From an uncultured delta proteobacterium (GTDB lineage Bacteria; Desulfobacterota; Desulfomonilia; Desulfomonilales; Desulfomonilaceae): DNA of 64,000 bases. The notes under the pieces were generated by a model. The model was not told the DNA's origin. It was given only the letters and a program-made list of their open reading frames with translations, and ran no database searches. The stretch lies in assembly GCA_963789265.1 (NCBI GenBank), contig CAWBKB010000006.1, positions 192,001 to 256,000 on the forward strand, given 5' to 3'. This document shows, piece by piece, positions 21,631-32,135 of the stretch (the first letter of the stretch is position 1; every line of letters starts with the position of its first letter). The position numbers and the translations under genes are program-made.

Positions 21631-23353
21631 ATGATTGACAGAAGCATCTCGTCGATGAGAGCACTCAGACCCGACAGCAATTTCGACAAATCAATCTTTT
21701 GGTTTAGGGATGACCTCCATCAACCCTACACCATATCACCCATGGGCATGACTACTATACAGGCTCACCATGCCTGGGGCTATCATGTCGCCGCGGAGGT
21801 CACTAACCTCCCGCCTTCAAAGGGTGGGCATGTAAAAGTTTATAAAGGGAGGGTCTATATCGGATTTGCACTGATTGGCGATGTGGCGGAAATTGCCGAA
21901 CGAGAGCCGGAATTCACTAAATTGATCGAATACTGTCTGGGCCATTGGGATGATTACTATCAAAAGCATATAAAAGAAGTCATCTCAAATTTGGACACAC
22001 TTAACGGTGTCGATACCGATAAATTATTGCTGCCGCATCTGTTGGAGCACTTAAAACGCGCGGAAATATTAGATAGACGAAATTGGGAAATTCATTTCTG
22101 CCTAATGTATCCCGCGGACGCGGTCTATTTTACTTTCGAGGACTATTGCAAAAAGCATGGCCTGGAAGAAAAAGATTTCGTGAACATGCTCAGAGGCTTC
22201 GATAGCATCGCCACACAGACTGATGAGGAGATGTGGAACCTTGCTAAATTTGGAGAGGAGTGTGGCATAAAGGATTTGTTGTCCTACACGAACTCGGAAG
22301 AGTTATTGGAAGAACTAAAGAAGCACTCCGAGGCCAGGCCCTGGCTGGACAAATTTTATCGTTTCCTCAACATTTACGGCAATCGAGTAGTGGCTGCTCA
22401 CCTCGACGTCACTACTCCAACCTGGATTGAAGACCCTACTCCTGTTCTGGATACGATAAAAGGCTATTACAATCGGATCGAGGGCGGCTGGGATTTCTTT
22501 GAATCCAAGCAGCAAATTCGGGACGATAGAAGCAAGACGATCGCTGAATTTGAGGCCCGCTTGAATGACGATGCGGAGAAGGAGAACTTCAGGCAATTGC
22601 TCAAAGCGGCCCAGGGGGTCTATGCCTTCCAGGAAGATCATGGTTTCTATATAGACCAGGGTTCGACCGCCGCTTTGCGAAATGCCATCATCGGTTGCGG
22701 AAAGAGGCTGTTCCGACGAAAACTTATCGACCAGGTAGATGATGTTTGCTATCTTACCTACCCGGAACTAGTGGAGATTATGGAGGCTCTGGTCTACAAC
22801 GAAAAAGTTGCCAAGTATCACTACGGGGCACTGGTTCCGAATCTCATCAAGGAGAGGAAGGAAGACGCCCGGATGGCCACCGACTCGGATGCGCCTCTAA
22901 CTTTTGGAAATGTTCCTGAGAAGATGACCGATCCTATTGGCATTAAAGTGTTTGGGATCATTGATGAGATATTGCATCCCAAAGGAGAACGTAACATCGA
23001 AGAGAGACTGGAAGGCTTCCCCGGGTCTCCGGGCATTGTCGAAGGCCCCGCGAAAGTCATAATGGATTACAAGGATTTTCAGAAGGTGAAAGCTGGAGAG
23101 ATTTTGGTATGCCCCTACACTGGAACTGCCTGGACACCGCTTTTTGTGAAAATCGGCGGTGTTGTCACGGACACGGGCGGTATGCTGACCCACGCGGCCA
23201 TTGCCGCACGAGAGGTACAATATACCCGCTGTTGTGGGTACCTGGAATGCGACCAGATCGATAAACGACGGCGACATCATAAGGATTGACGGCAATGTGG
23301 GAATTGTCGAGGTAATAAAAAGAGCAGCGGCACAGGAGAAGGCAGACGCCTAA
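21631..23353 (+). CDS. PEP-utilising enzyme: substrate-binding domain plus phospho-His swivel domain (phenylphosphate synthase alpha-like), apparent +1 frameshift at ~23214
   Basis: GSPGIVEGPA, AWTPLF and GGMLTHAAIAARE (catalytic His). Removing one G before GTAC(23215) gives EYNIPAVVGT...IRIDGNVGIV, stop at 23351-23353. Confidence 0.88.
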
Positions 23354-23449
23354 TCCCACGACCCGCGGGATTTCCAACGGGAGGGGCATACCAAACTGGC
23401 TCAGGAGTGATCGGCGCAGAGGCCGGTTTGGACTCTCGCGTTTCCCTCG

Positions 23450-23522
23450 GACTCGGATCCAGGGATGGTAGGGGCGACCGGCGGGTCGCCCAGGGCGAAT
23501 GCCATTCGCCCCTACAGTTTTC
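23450..23522. repeat. GTAG-type double REP hairpin
   Basis: Near-identical inverted copy of 52311-52383. Confidence 0.75.
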
Positions 23523-23549
23523 CGGCGGTCCGCAAACATTGAGGTATGT

Positions 23550-24080
23550 ATGCCATTGTATGAATTTGAGGGGAAAATACCCCGGCTTGACCCGCAAGCG
23601 TTTGTTCACCCATTGGCTGTGCTTATTGGAGACGTGATAATTGAAGCTGGGTGTTATGTCGGCGCGGGCGCTGTGCTCCGAGGTGACATCGGTTCCGTGA
23701 GAGTCGGAAAGGGATCTAATGTCCAAGAGAATTGTGTTGTCCATACGTTTCCCGATAAAGCAACCACCATCCATCCGAATGCACATGTCGGACATGGATG
23801 CATACTCCACGGATGTGAGATCTGTTCCAACGTGCTCGTGGGCATGGGATCAATCGTAGGCGACGACGTCAAGATCAACTCCCGTTGCATCATAGGCGCG
23901 GGAAGCTTCGTTGAATTCGGGACTGAAATTCCGCCTGAAAGCGTAGCCGTGGGTTCACCGGCAAGAGTGGTCAAGCCCGCGGGGCCGGAGCATCTCAAAA
24001 GAATTGCGGATGGCCTAGCAATTTACCAGGAGCTTACAAGACGCTACCTCAAATCATTTAAACTCGCGTCGTGTGGTTAG
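23550..24080 (+). CDS. Gamma-carbonic-anhydrase family hexapeptide-repeat protein (PaaY/CaiE-like)
   Basis: AFVHPLAVLIGDV, LRGDIG, NVQENCVVH and HVGHGCILHGC motifs. Confidence 0.9.
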   Translation: MPLYEFEGKIPRLDPQAFVHPLAVLIGDVIIEAGCYVGAGAVLRGDIGSVRVGKGSNVQENCVVHTFPDKATTIHPNAHVGHGCILHGCEICSNVLVGMGSIVGDDVKINSRCIIGAGSFVEFGTEIPPESVAVGSPARVVKPAGPEHLKRIADGLAIYQELTRRYLKSFKLASCG

Positions 24081-24429
24081 GATGCGAAACGGGGCGACGG
24101 CAAACCAATCAAGATTGACCGCAGAGTGCGCAGAGAACGCAGAGAAAAATGAAAGCTTATTCAGCATCATGAAAGCCAAAACCGAGTACAGTCAATTCCG
24201 TAGGATGTGGTGAATCCCACGGCACGAGGGATGAACCGTATCTGTCGCGTCTCTATCGCCCTTGAACCACGCGGCTGAGTTTTTCGCGACCGATGCGGTT
24301 CGCTTGGCTCACCACATCCTACAAAACTGTGCTCCACCGGATAGACGTGCACGCAAATAGAATTCTCCGCGATTTCTGCGTCCTTCGCGGTGAAGCATTG
24401 CTATTTGAGAGAAAGAGAGTGAAATAACC

Positions 24430-24912
24430 ATGTCCCAACCGAAAAACACTGAAAAGAAGAGAATTCTTGCGGTGGACGACGAGCCGGACGTCATCGAAGT
24501 TATCCAGGAACAACTTGAGGATTACACTGTCGCCCCAGCTACAAGCTTCGAATCGGCTCATAAGCTCATATTGGCTGAACATTTCGATCTTGCGATCCTG
24601 GACATCATGGGCGTTAACGGCTTCGCCCTGCTCGATACATGCGCGGTGCGGAGGCTGCCGGCTGCTATGCTCACTGCCCACGCGCTCAATATCGCGAGCA
24701 TCAATCTCGCGATTAAACTCGGAGCGGTTTCCTTTTTGCCCAAGGATGAACTAGCCAGAATAAATGAGTACGTGGCGGAAATTTTCGAGTGTCTTGCAGA
24801 GGGCAAGACCCATTGGGCGAAGCTTTTTGAAAGATTGGAGCCCCTGTTCAGGGAGAGGCTGGGAGTTGAGTGGAAGCATTTTGGAAACCAATCCTATCCG
24901 CTCACATTTTAA
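24430..24912 (+). CDS. Single receiver-domain response regulator with short C-terminal extension
   Basis: ILAVDDE, ILDIMG (phospho-acceptor Asp), MLTAH and LPK motifs; no kinase gene nearby. Confidence 0.88.
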   Translation: MSQPKNTEKKRILAVDDEPDVIEVIQEQLEDYTVAPATSFESAHKLILAEHFDLAILDIMGVNGFALLDTCAVRRLPAAMLTAHALNIASINLAIKLGAVSFLPKDELARINEYVAEIFECLAEGKTHWAKLFERLEPLFRERLGVEWKHFGNQSYPLTF

Positions 24913-25009
24913 TGATCAGGCATCACATCCTGTAAGGTCAATCTTCCGATTTGTTGACACCACCTGGAGCCGGGCGTAATATCGATTCCCGTACCTTCAG
25001 GAGCATTTC

Positions 25010-25663
25010 GTGCCGGTTTCAGCCACTTTTCTACAACTTGAGGGGCGTAAGCGTCAGAGGATCGTGTCCGCGGCTCTCAGCGAGTTCGCCAATGAGGGAT
25101 ATGCCGGCGCATCTCTCAACACAATTGTGAAAAAAATCGGAATATCCAAGGGCTCGCTATTCAATTATTTTATGGACAAACGCGGGCTGTTCATGTTCGT
25201 GTTCGAGCAAGCTTTAGAGCTTGTGAAAAACTATCTCAGAAGTGTCAGAGACGAAACTGCCGACGAAGATCTTTTCACACGCATAGAAAAACATCTGTTG
25301 GCCGGAGTGGACTTTATCCGCTCCAACCCGCGTGTATACAAGATCTACCTGCGGGTGCTGTATGAAAGCGGCTTGCCCGATCGAAACATCCTCATCAAAT
25401 CAGTCCGCCGGCTCTCCATTGAGTATCTGACCGAATTCCTTGATGTTGCCAGGAGCCGAGGGGAGGTTGGCCCCGACATAGAGGTGAATGAGGCGGCTTT
25501 CGTCATGGAGGCCGTTTTGGAGGGCTTCCTCCAAGCCTACGGCGTTCAACATCTGGACGCTGGTTTGGGCTTGTACAAAGCTTCGGACGAAGATGTCAGA
25601 CGTTGGGCTCACGGCGTAGTCCGCCTCCTGAAGCATGGTCTTGTCGGTCCGGCAGAAAATTAA
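25010..25663 (+). CDS. TetR/AcrR family regulator
   Basis: EFANEGYAGASLNTIVKKIGISKGSLFNYF HTH. Confidence 0.92.
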   Translation: MPVSATFLQLEGRKRQRIVSAALSEFANEGYAGASLNTIVKKIGISKGSLFNYFMDKRGLFMFVFEQALELVKNYLRSVRDETADEDLFTRIEKHLLAGVDFIRSNPRVYKIYLRVLYESGLPDRNILIKSVRRLSIEYLTEFLDVARSRGEVGPDIEVNEAAFVMEAVLEGFLQAYGVQHLDAGLGLYKASDEDVRRWAHGVVRLLKHGLVGPAEN

Positions 25664-25699
25664 AGGAATCTTCAGTTACGCAGGGGAATAGTCGGTTCC

Positions 25700-25886
25700 C
25701 TGTCATTGAGGGGAGCGCATGGTGGGACAGTCCTGCTCCTCGCGGGAAAGCAATCTTTTCCTTTGAACCCCGCTTAGATTGCCAGTGGGACGGGCATCTT
25801 GCCCGTCGTCCATAATAGACAGGCAAGATGCCTGTCCGACTATTTGCTCCTCGCAATGACAATCTTTCACCGCTCGTAAATGAATG
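25700..25886. repeat. MITE-like element family A, long variant
   Basis: Shares gcaatcttttcctttgaaccccgcttagattgccagtgggacggg...ctcctcgcaatgac with 31970-32079. Confidence 0.75.
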
Positions 25887-26011
25887 CTCGCCTTGTCGGG
25901 ATGAGTCTCGTCGCCCCGTTCGCCGGCTGCGAAATTTTATGCACAATTTTTGTAACGGTTCACAGTGGGGAACGCAGAGGCCGTAGAGCGGACCAGTCGT
26001 CGTTTGGACGA

Positions 26012-26221
26012 TTATCGGCCCAGGATTTCCCTGGCAATAGTAACCTTCTCAATCTCCTTGGTGCCTTCGTATATTTCCACGATCTTGGCGTCTCGGTAAA
26101 AGCGTTCCACGTCGTATTCGTCCATATATCCGTATCCTCCATGGAGTTGGATCGCTTCATCGGTGACTCGGACAGCAGCCTCTATTATTTGTCTTTGGTC
26201 ATCGGTGAGTGAGTAGTCCAC
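26012..26221 (-). pseudogene. Acyl-CoA dehydrogenase remnant with a large in-frame internal deletion (69 aa)
   Basis: AGGAGG RBS and GTG start; the ACAD-type N-terminus DYSLTDDQRQI is joined directly to the C-terminus EAAVRVTDEAIQLHGGYGY...IYEGTKEIEK. Confidence 0.85.
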
Positions 26222-26255
26222 TGGGTGCCTCCTAACACGAACAACGTGAAGTTTC

Positions 26256-26387
26256 ATACTGATCGGTCGGTATTTTTGATGCCGGATGGGCTCTTGTCAA
26301 GGTAAAACAGTGTAGTGGTACTAACAGAAAAAACTTGACACAGCGGGCCATTAGAGCCTACCGTGGTTCATACCAACCGTTCAGTAT
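26256..26387. promoter_or_regulatory. Divergent promoter region with two TetR-type operators
   Basis: ATACTGATCGGTCGGTAT (26256-73) and ATACCAACCGTTCAGTAT (26370-87) match at 16/18 positions in inverted orientation; TTGACA on the minus (26295-300) and plus (26335-40) strands. Confidence 0.72.
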
Positions 26388-26403
26388 CCACCACGGGCCG
26401 ACA

Positions 26404-26997
26404 ATGAAGCGAACCGGTAATACGGAACAAAGGATTATTCAGGCCGCACTCCAGATCTTTGTCCGCAACGGGTACCACGGAACGTCCGTCGCCGAAATCA
26501 CTCGGAAAGTAGGGCTCACCAAGGGCGCTCTTTACTCCCACTTCAGCGGAAAGGGGGAACTCCTATTACGGATTATTGATGAATACAAATCTCGCTTTAT
26601 TGGCGGAATGGCTCGAGCTCTGGCGGAATGTTCGGGCGATGCTCTGGATCGGATTCACGCGGTATTCAGCTTTAACTCCAGATTCGCTCTGGAAAACCAG
26701 GATATGTGCGTATTCTTGACCTTTATCGCAACCGAGTTGAATGCCGATGTGGATTTCGAACCCGCTCTGAAGAGTGTTTACATAGAATACCGGAAGATCA
26801 TCGGTGCGGTTGTCCGAGAGGGAATACGACAGCGAATTTTCAAGAAAGATCTGGATCCTGAAATCGCAGCTTTGACTTTCATTGCGTTGCATGATGGTGC
26901 GCTTCATCAATGGGTGCTTAACAGAAACCATTTGGATGGGGAGTTGTACGTCCGAACGTATCGTGAAATCTTTCTAAAGGGGCTGTTGAAGCAGTGA
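26404..26997 (+). CDS. TetR/AcrR family regulator
   Basis: FVRNGYHGTSVAEITRKVGLTKGALYSHFSGK HTH. Confidence 0.93.
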   Translation: MKRTGNTEQRIIQAALQIFVRNGYHGTSVAEITRKVGLTKGALYSHFSGKGELLLRIIDEYKSRFIGGMARALAECSGDALDRIHAVFSFNSRFALENQDMCVFLTFIATELNADVDFEPALKSVYIEYRKIIGAVVREGIRQRIFKKDLDPEIAALTFIALHDGALHQWVLNRNHLDGELYVRTYREIFLKGLLKQ

Positions 26998-27160
26998 ATA
27001 TCCGCCGTGAGAAATCGGCTAACGCTCGACTTGGACAAGGGAAATCCCTCCCCCGGGATCTGGTAGGATTTTAACCGCCTCCCTCGGAGTGTCTCGCGGA
27101 CACCCCGGACTGAGGGCTTCATGCTTTACGTTTATAGATTGATAGTGAGGTCAAACGGCC

Positions 27161-28334
27161 ATGGATGAAGTGGTCTTGACGAGTGCGCTGAGAACTGCGC
27201 AAGGCGATTTTGGTGGCACGCTAAAGAGCTTGCCCGTGACGGAATTGGCCCGGCTGGTGATAGAAGAGGTAGTCAAAGGACTGGACAGTGCCTCGACCAT
27301 AGACAAAGTGATTTTCGGCAATTGTTTTTCCCCTCTGGAACAGAACGTTGCCCGTTTTTCAGCATATCAGGCCGGCGTCCCGGAGCATGTGCCCGGATTC
27401 ACGATCAATGGCGCGTGCGGCTCCTCAATGCAGGCAGTCATCAGTGCCGCACAGGCCGTGCAATGTGGCGAGGCGGAGGTGGTGCTCGCAGGCGGGGCTG
27501 AGAGCATGAGCAATGCCCCGTACATAATGGAATCGGCTCGATGGGGCCAGCGAATCAGGCACCTCCAAGCGTACCGATCTGCTTTGGAAAGCAATGCAGG
27601 AGTGCCCGATTGGTGTCGGGATGGGTTTGACCGCAGAGAATCTGGCTGAAAAGTACGGGATATCACGCGAAGAACAGGATGCTTTCGCGGTCCAGAGCCA
27701 TCAGAAAGCAGCACGGGCCATTCAAGAGGAAAAATTCAATACAGAGATCATCCCTGTTCCCGTCACGAGACCGAAGAAGGAGCCGATCCTTTTCGATACC
27801 GACGAACACGTCAGGCCGGATGTTTCTATCGAAAAGTTGGCCAAGCTACCGGCTGCATTCAAGAAAGACGGTACGGTTACAGCGGGAAACGCATGCGGCA
27901 TGAATGATGCCGCCGCGGCCGTGATTGTTACCGGCCCGAAAAAAGCTCGGGAACTGGGTTTGGCACCTCTGATGCGAATTAGGGGTTACCGTGTGGTGGG
28001 GGTGGACCCGAATATCATGGGCATCGGTCCGGTGCCGGCCATACGTGGCGCCCTCGTGAACTCAGGCCTCGAACTCGGCGATATAGATCGTTTTGAAATC
28101 AACGAGGCTTTTGCCGCACAGTATCTCGCATGCGAACGAGAGCTTGGCCTGGACCGATCCAAAGTCAACGTTTATGGTAGTGGAATAGCTTTGGGGCATC
28201 CTGTAGGTGCAACCGGTTGCCGGCTACTGGTAACGCTTTTCCACGAGATGATTGCCGATAACCTCACCCTCGGTGTAGCTTCTCTGTGCGCAGGCGGAGG
28301 AATGGGTTTTGCGGTGGTGCTGGAGCGCGTGTAG
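27161..28334 (+). CDS. Thiolase (acetyl-CoA C-acyltransferase), apparent +1 frameshift at ~27575
   Basis: NGACGSS, NEAFAAQ, GHPVGATG and LCAGGG motifs. Removing one C after GTAC(27571) gives QAYDLLWKAMQE. Confidence 0.92.
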
Positions 28335-28438
28335 CCGCATGTCGCTGTCAGGCCGCTCCCTTTAGTGGACTCCGGTCCCGACTGCCGGGGCCGAAAGTCG
28401 ATACACCGCATTCCCCTTGTAGACCGGGAACAGGCTCC

Positions 28439-29234
28439 ATGCTCAAGGTCAAGAATATTCAGGTGGTCTACAATAATGTGATCATGGTTCTGAAAGGGAT
28501 TTCTCTGGAAGTCCCGGAAGGGAAAGCTGTGGCCCTACTCGGAGCCAATGCGGCCGGTAAGACCACCACACTCAAGGCCATAAGCGGCATCCTAAGATTT
28601 CAAAATGGTGAACTGGAAGAAGGGGACATTGAGTTCATGGGCCGATCGATCGCAGATGAGGACCCTGACTTAATTGTAAGAGCCGGCATTTGTCTTGTCC
28701 CGGAAGGCCGGCGGGTGTTCGACGATCTTAGCGTGATGGAGAATCTTTGGATCGGGGCCCATACACGCCGAGACCGAGGTGCGATAAGGCAGGATCTTGA
28801 AATGGTCATGGACTATTTCCCGCAGCTTCGCCGCCGGCACTTGCAACAGGCCCTTCTTCTCAGCGGAGGCGAGCAGCAGATGCTCGCGATCGGCCGGGCT
28901 TTAATGTCTCACCCCAAGTTGCTCATGCTCGACGAGCCGTCGCTGGGTCTTGCTCCTATGCTCGTCAAAGAGATCTTTGAAATACTAAGGCGTATCAACA
29001 AGGAACAGAATACCTCGATCCTGTTGGTGGAACAAAATGCGAACGCAGCTCTGAACTTCGCCGAGTACCGGATACATTATGGAGAACGGAAAGATAGTCC
29101 TGGACGGCCCCTCCGACCGACTGCTCGAAAATCAAGACGTAAGAGAATTTTACCTCGGCGTGACCGAGGATCTTGAGAGAAAAAGATATTCCGACGTCAA
29201 ACACTACAAACGGCGCAAACGTTGGCTTTCTTGA
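28439..29234 (+). CDS. Liv-type ABC ATP-binding protein (LivF-like), apparent +1 frameshift at ~29069
   Basis: GANAAGKTT and LSGGEQQM motifs. Removing one C after GTAC(29065) gives EYGYIMENG...FYLG...YKRRKRWLS*. Confidence 0.9.
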
Positions 29235-29240
29235 CGGATC

Positions 29241-30008
29241 ATGCTGAACATGGAACTCCTGGAGATTAAAGCGCTTTCGCTTCACTTTGGCGGAATCACC
29301 GCTCTCTCGGACCTCGATATGGTGGTCAAAGAAGGGCATATTCACGCGGTGATCGGCCCCAACGGTGCGGGAAAGACTTCTTTGTTCAACTGCATTAGCG
29401 GCGTTTACCATCCCTCCTTGGGTGACATACTCATTCGCGGAGAAAGTATCTCCCATCTGCGCCCTCATCAGATCGCCGAAAGGGGTATTGCTCGCACGTT
29501 TCAGAATATCGAACTGTTCAGCAACATGAGTGTGATAGACAACCTGTTGCTGGGGTGTCACGTTCGCATGACTTCAGGGCCGCTCTCCTGCGCATTCTTC
29601 TTCGGTAAGGCGGTCAATCAGGAGGTGGAAAAGAGGCTGCACGTGGAGGAAATTATAGATTTTCTCGAGATTGAGAAAGTCCGTAAGAAGATGGTCGGCA
29701 CTTTACCCTACGGAATACAGAAAAGGGTTGAGATCGGGCGGGCGTTAGCAATGAACCCCAGGGTTCTCCTTTTGGATGAGCCGGTGGCTGGAATGAACGT
29801 TGAAGAAACTGAAGATATAGCTCGCTTCATACTGGATATTAAGGAGGAGAAAGGGATCACCGTCATTATGGTGGAACACGACATGGGCGTCGTCATGGAT
29901 GTTGCCGATAAGGTAACCGTCCTCGACTTCGGTTGCAAGATTGGAGAAGGAACTCCGGCTCAAGTGCAGTCGAATCCCGAGGTGATCGCAGCTTATCTGG
30001 GTGGGTAA
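29241..30008 (+). CDS. Liv-type ABC ATP-binding protein (LivG-like)
   Basis: GPNGAGKTS, ARTFQN, LLDEP and VEHDM motifs. Confidence 0.93.
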   Translation: MLNMELLEIKALSLHFGGITALSDLDMVVKEGHIHAVIGPNGAGKTSLFNCISGVYHPSLGDILIRGESISHLRPHQIAERGIARTFQNIELFSNMSVIDNLLLGCHVRMTSGPLSCAFFFGKAVNQEVEKRLHVEEIIDFLEIEKVRKKMVGTLPYGIQKRVEIGRALAMNPRVLLLDEPVAGMNVEETEDIARFILDIKEEKGITVIMVEHDMGVVMDVADKVTVLDFGCKIGEGTPAQVQSNPEVIAAYLGG

Positions 30009-30033
30009 CCGAAAGGATTCGAAGGAATCGATC

Positions 30034-31830
30034 ATGGATGCCGACACCTTACCCAAACTTTTCGCCAGAAACAGGAAGCTTTATTCCGGCAAGGTGGCCC
30101 TCAGAGAAAAAGATCTCGGTATCTGGCAGCGCACCACCTGGGAAGATTACTGGTATCACGTGTGCTTCTTTGCCCTCGGGCTTCGTGAGCTTGGCCTGAA
30201 GCGCGGCGACAAGCTCTCAATTCTCGGAGACAACTGCCGGGAGTGGCTATACGCGGATCTGGCCACCCAGTGCTCCTCTGCAATATCCATCGGTATATAC
30301 CCCACGGATGTGTCCTCTCAGGTCCAATACGTTCTGGACAACTCCGAATCCAGCTTCGTTGTGGCAAAAGACCAGGAACAAGTGGACAAAATCCTGGAGG
30401 CGAAAGATAGCTTGCCCGGACTCAAAAACATCATAGTTGTAGATATGAAGGGTCTCCGCAGGTACAAGGAGCCTATGATTATAAGCTTCAAAGAAGTCCA
30501 AGCTCGCGGCAAGAGCCTTCACGAACGAGAGCCGCATCTATTTGACGAGTTGGTAAACGGCACCAGGGCAGAGGACGTGGCCATTATCGTCTACACGTCA
30601 GGTACCACGGGTAAGCCCAAAGGAGCCATGATCAGCCATAAGAATATCCTGGCCATGATTAGGGGCCTGGCACAAGTGCTGACCTTCAGCCCCAGTGATT
30701 CCTTTGTGTCGGTTTTGCCGCTTTGTCACGTCGCCGAGCGTATGTTTTCCCTTATTTTTCCCATGTGGGCCGGCTGTACAGTGAATTTTGCGGAAAGTGT
30801 CGCCACGCTGCAGGACGATCTCGCGGAGATTTCTCCCACTGCATTTCTGAGCGTGCCTCGAATTTGGGAGAAGATGCATTCAGGCATCATGATACGGATG
30901 CAGGATTCAGGCTTTTTCAAGCGTTGTATCTTCTCGGCAATGATGCCCATCGGCATGCGGGTGGCCGAATTGAAACTGCAAGAGAAATCTGTGCCGCCAC
31001 ACTGGAAGATACTCTATGGGCTGGCTTACCTGCTCCTCTTCAGGCCGTTGATGAACCACTTGGGTCTCTTGGAAGCTCACATATTCGTCAGTGGGGCTGC
31101 TCCGCTCTCGCCTGATCTGACGAAATTCTACCATGCCATAGGAATCCCGGTTCGAGAAGCTTATGGCATGACAGAAGCGACCGGCATCTCATTCATGCCT
31201 AGAAATGGCGAAATAAAGATCGGTTGGGTAGGGAAGCCGATACCGGGTGTGGAGTTCAAGATAGCAGACGATGGAGAAATCCTCCTGCGAGGTGATTCCA
31301 TCTTTGAAGGCTATTACGGTAACCCGGCCGCGACCCAAGGCGCCATCATTGACGGCTGGCTTCATACCGGCGATGTCGGCGAGGTGCGCGGGGACGGAAA
31401 CCTGCGGATCACAGATCGGAAGAAAGATATCATTATCACTGCCGGAGGCAAAAATATTGCACCGTCGGAGTTGGAGAACAGACTCAAGTTTAGCCCTTAC
31501 GTCAAGGAAGCCATTGTAATTGGCGATCGGCGCAAGTATTTGACGTGCCTGATCCAGATTGAACTTGAGAACGTGGAACACTGGGCCCAAATTAATCGAA
31601 TCCCGTACACAAACTATAAGAGCCTCGCTACGCATCCGGAGGTGTATAAACTAATTCAGTCGGAAGTGGACAAGGCCAACAGCAACTTCGCCAGGGTTGA
31701 AACCGTGAAGAGATTTACCATCCTTGACAAAGAACTGGATCAAGATGACGAAGAACTGACAGCTACGATGAAAGTGAAGCGAGCCATTGTAGAGAAGAAG
31801 TTTAGGGATCTCATTGAGTCGATGTACTAG
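30034..31830 (+). CDS. Long-chain acyl-CoA synthetase (FadD-like) embedded in an ABC operon
   Basis: YTSGTTGKPKG, YGMTE, WLHTGDVG and DRKKDIIITAGGKNIAP motifs. Confidence 0.93.
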   Translation: MDADTLPKLFARNRKLYSGKVALREKDLGIWQRTTWEDYWYHVCFFALGLRELGLKRGDKLSILGDNCREWLYADLATQCSSAISIGIYPTDVSSQVQYVLDNSESSFVVAKDQEQVDKILEAKDSLPGLKNIIVVDMKGLRRYKEPMIISFKEVQARGKSLHEREPHLFDELVNGTRAEDVAIIVYTSGTTGKPKGAMISHKNILAMIRGLAQVLTFSPSDSFVSVLPLCHVAERMFSLIFPMWAGCTVNFAESVATLQDDLAEISPTAFLSVPRIWEKMHSGIMIRMQDSGFFKRCIFSAMMPIGMRVAELKLQEKSVPPHWKILYGLAYLLLFRPLMNHLGLLEAHIFVSGAAPLSPDLTKFYHAIGIPVREAYGMTEATGISFMPRNGEIKIGWVGKPIPGVEFKIADDGEILLRGDSIFEGYYGNPAATQGAIIDGWLHTGDVGEVRGDGNLRITDRKKDIIITAGGKNIAPSELENRLKFSPYVKEAIVIGDRRKYLTCLIQIELENVEHWAQINRIPYTNYKSLATHPEVYKLIQSEVDKANSNFARVETVKRFTILDKELDQDDEELTATMKVKRAIVEKKFRDLIESMY

Positions 31831-31920
31831 TGGGAGCGAGAGTTAGAATTTTTGCCTCCGATACGTGGCTAAACCGGAAAGAGAGCGCCCGGCAACAAAC
31901 GACCGGCGTGTGAAAGAGCG

Positions 31921-32113
31921 ATCATTCACTTACGAGAGGTTAAAGATTGTCATTGCGAGCGCAGCGAAGCAATCTCTTCCTTTGAACCCCGCTTAGATTG
32001 CCAGTGGGACGGGCATCCTGCCCGTCGTCCATAATAGACAGGCAGGATGCCTGTCCCACTGTTTGCTCCTCGCAATGACATGAGAAAGAAAGTTCACCGC
32101 GTAAGTAAATGGT
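31921..32113. repeat. MITE-like element family A, long variant
   Basis: atcattcacttacg ... cgcgtaagtaaatggt ends; inner 60-bp hairpin at 32002-32061. Confidence 0.8.
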
Positions 32114-32135
32114 TGCGTGAAAGGAGTCTAACCAC

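Noticed and set aside
7063..23353. Housekeeping PEP synthase/PPDK for gluconeogenesis
   Set aside because: No PEP/pyruvate-binding barrel domain is present, the enzyme is split, and the context is catabolic. The same holds for the pair at 58301-61084.
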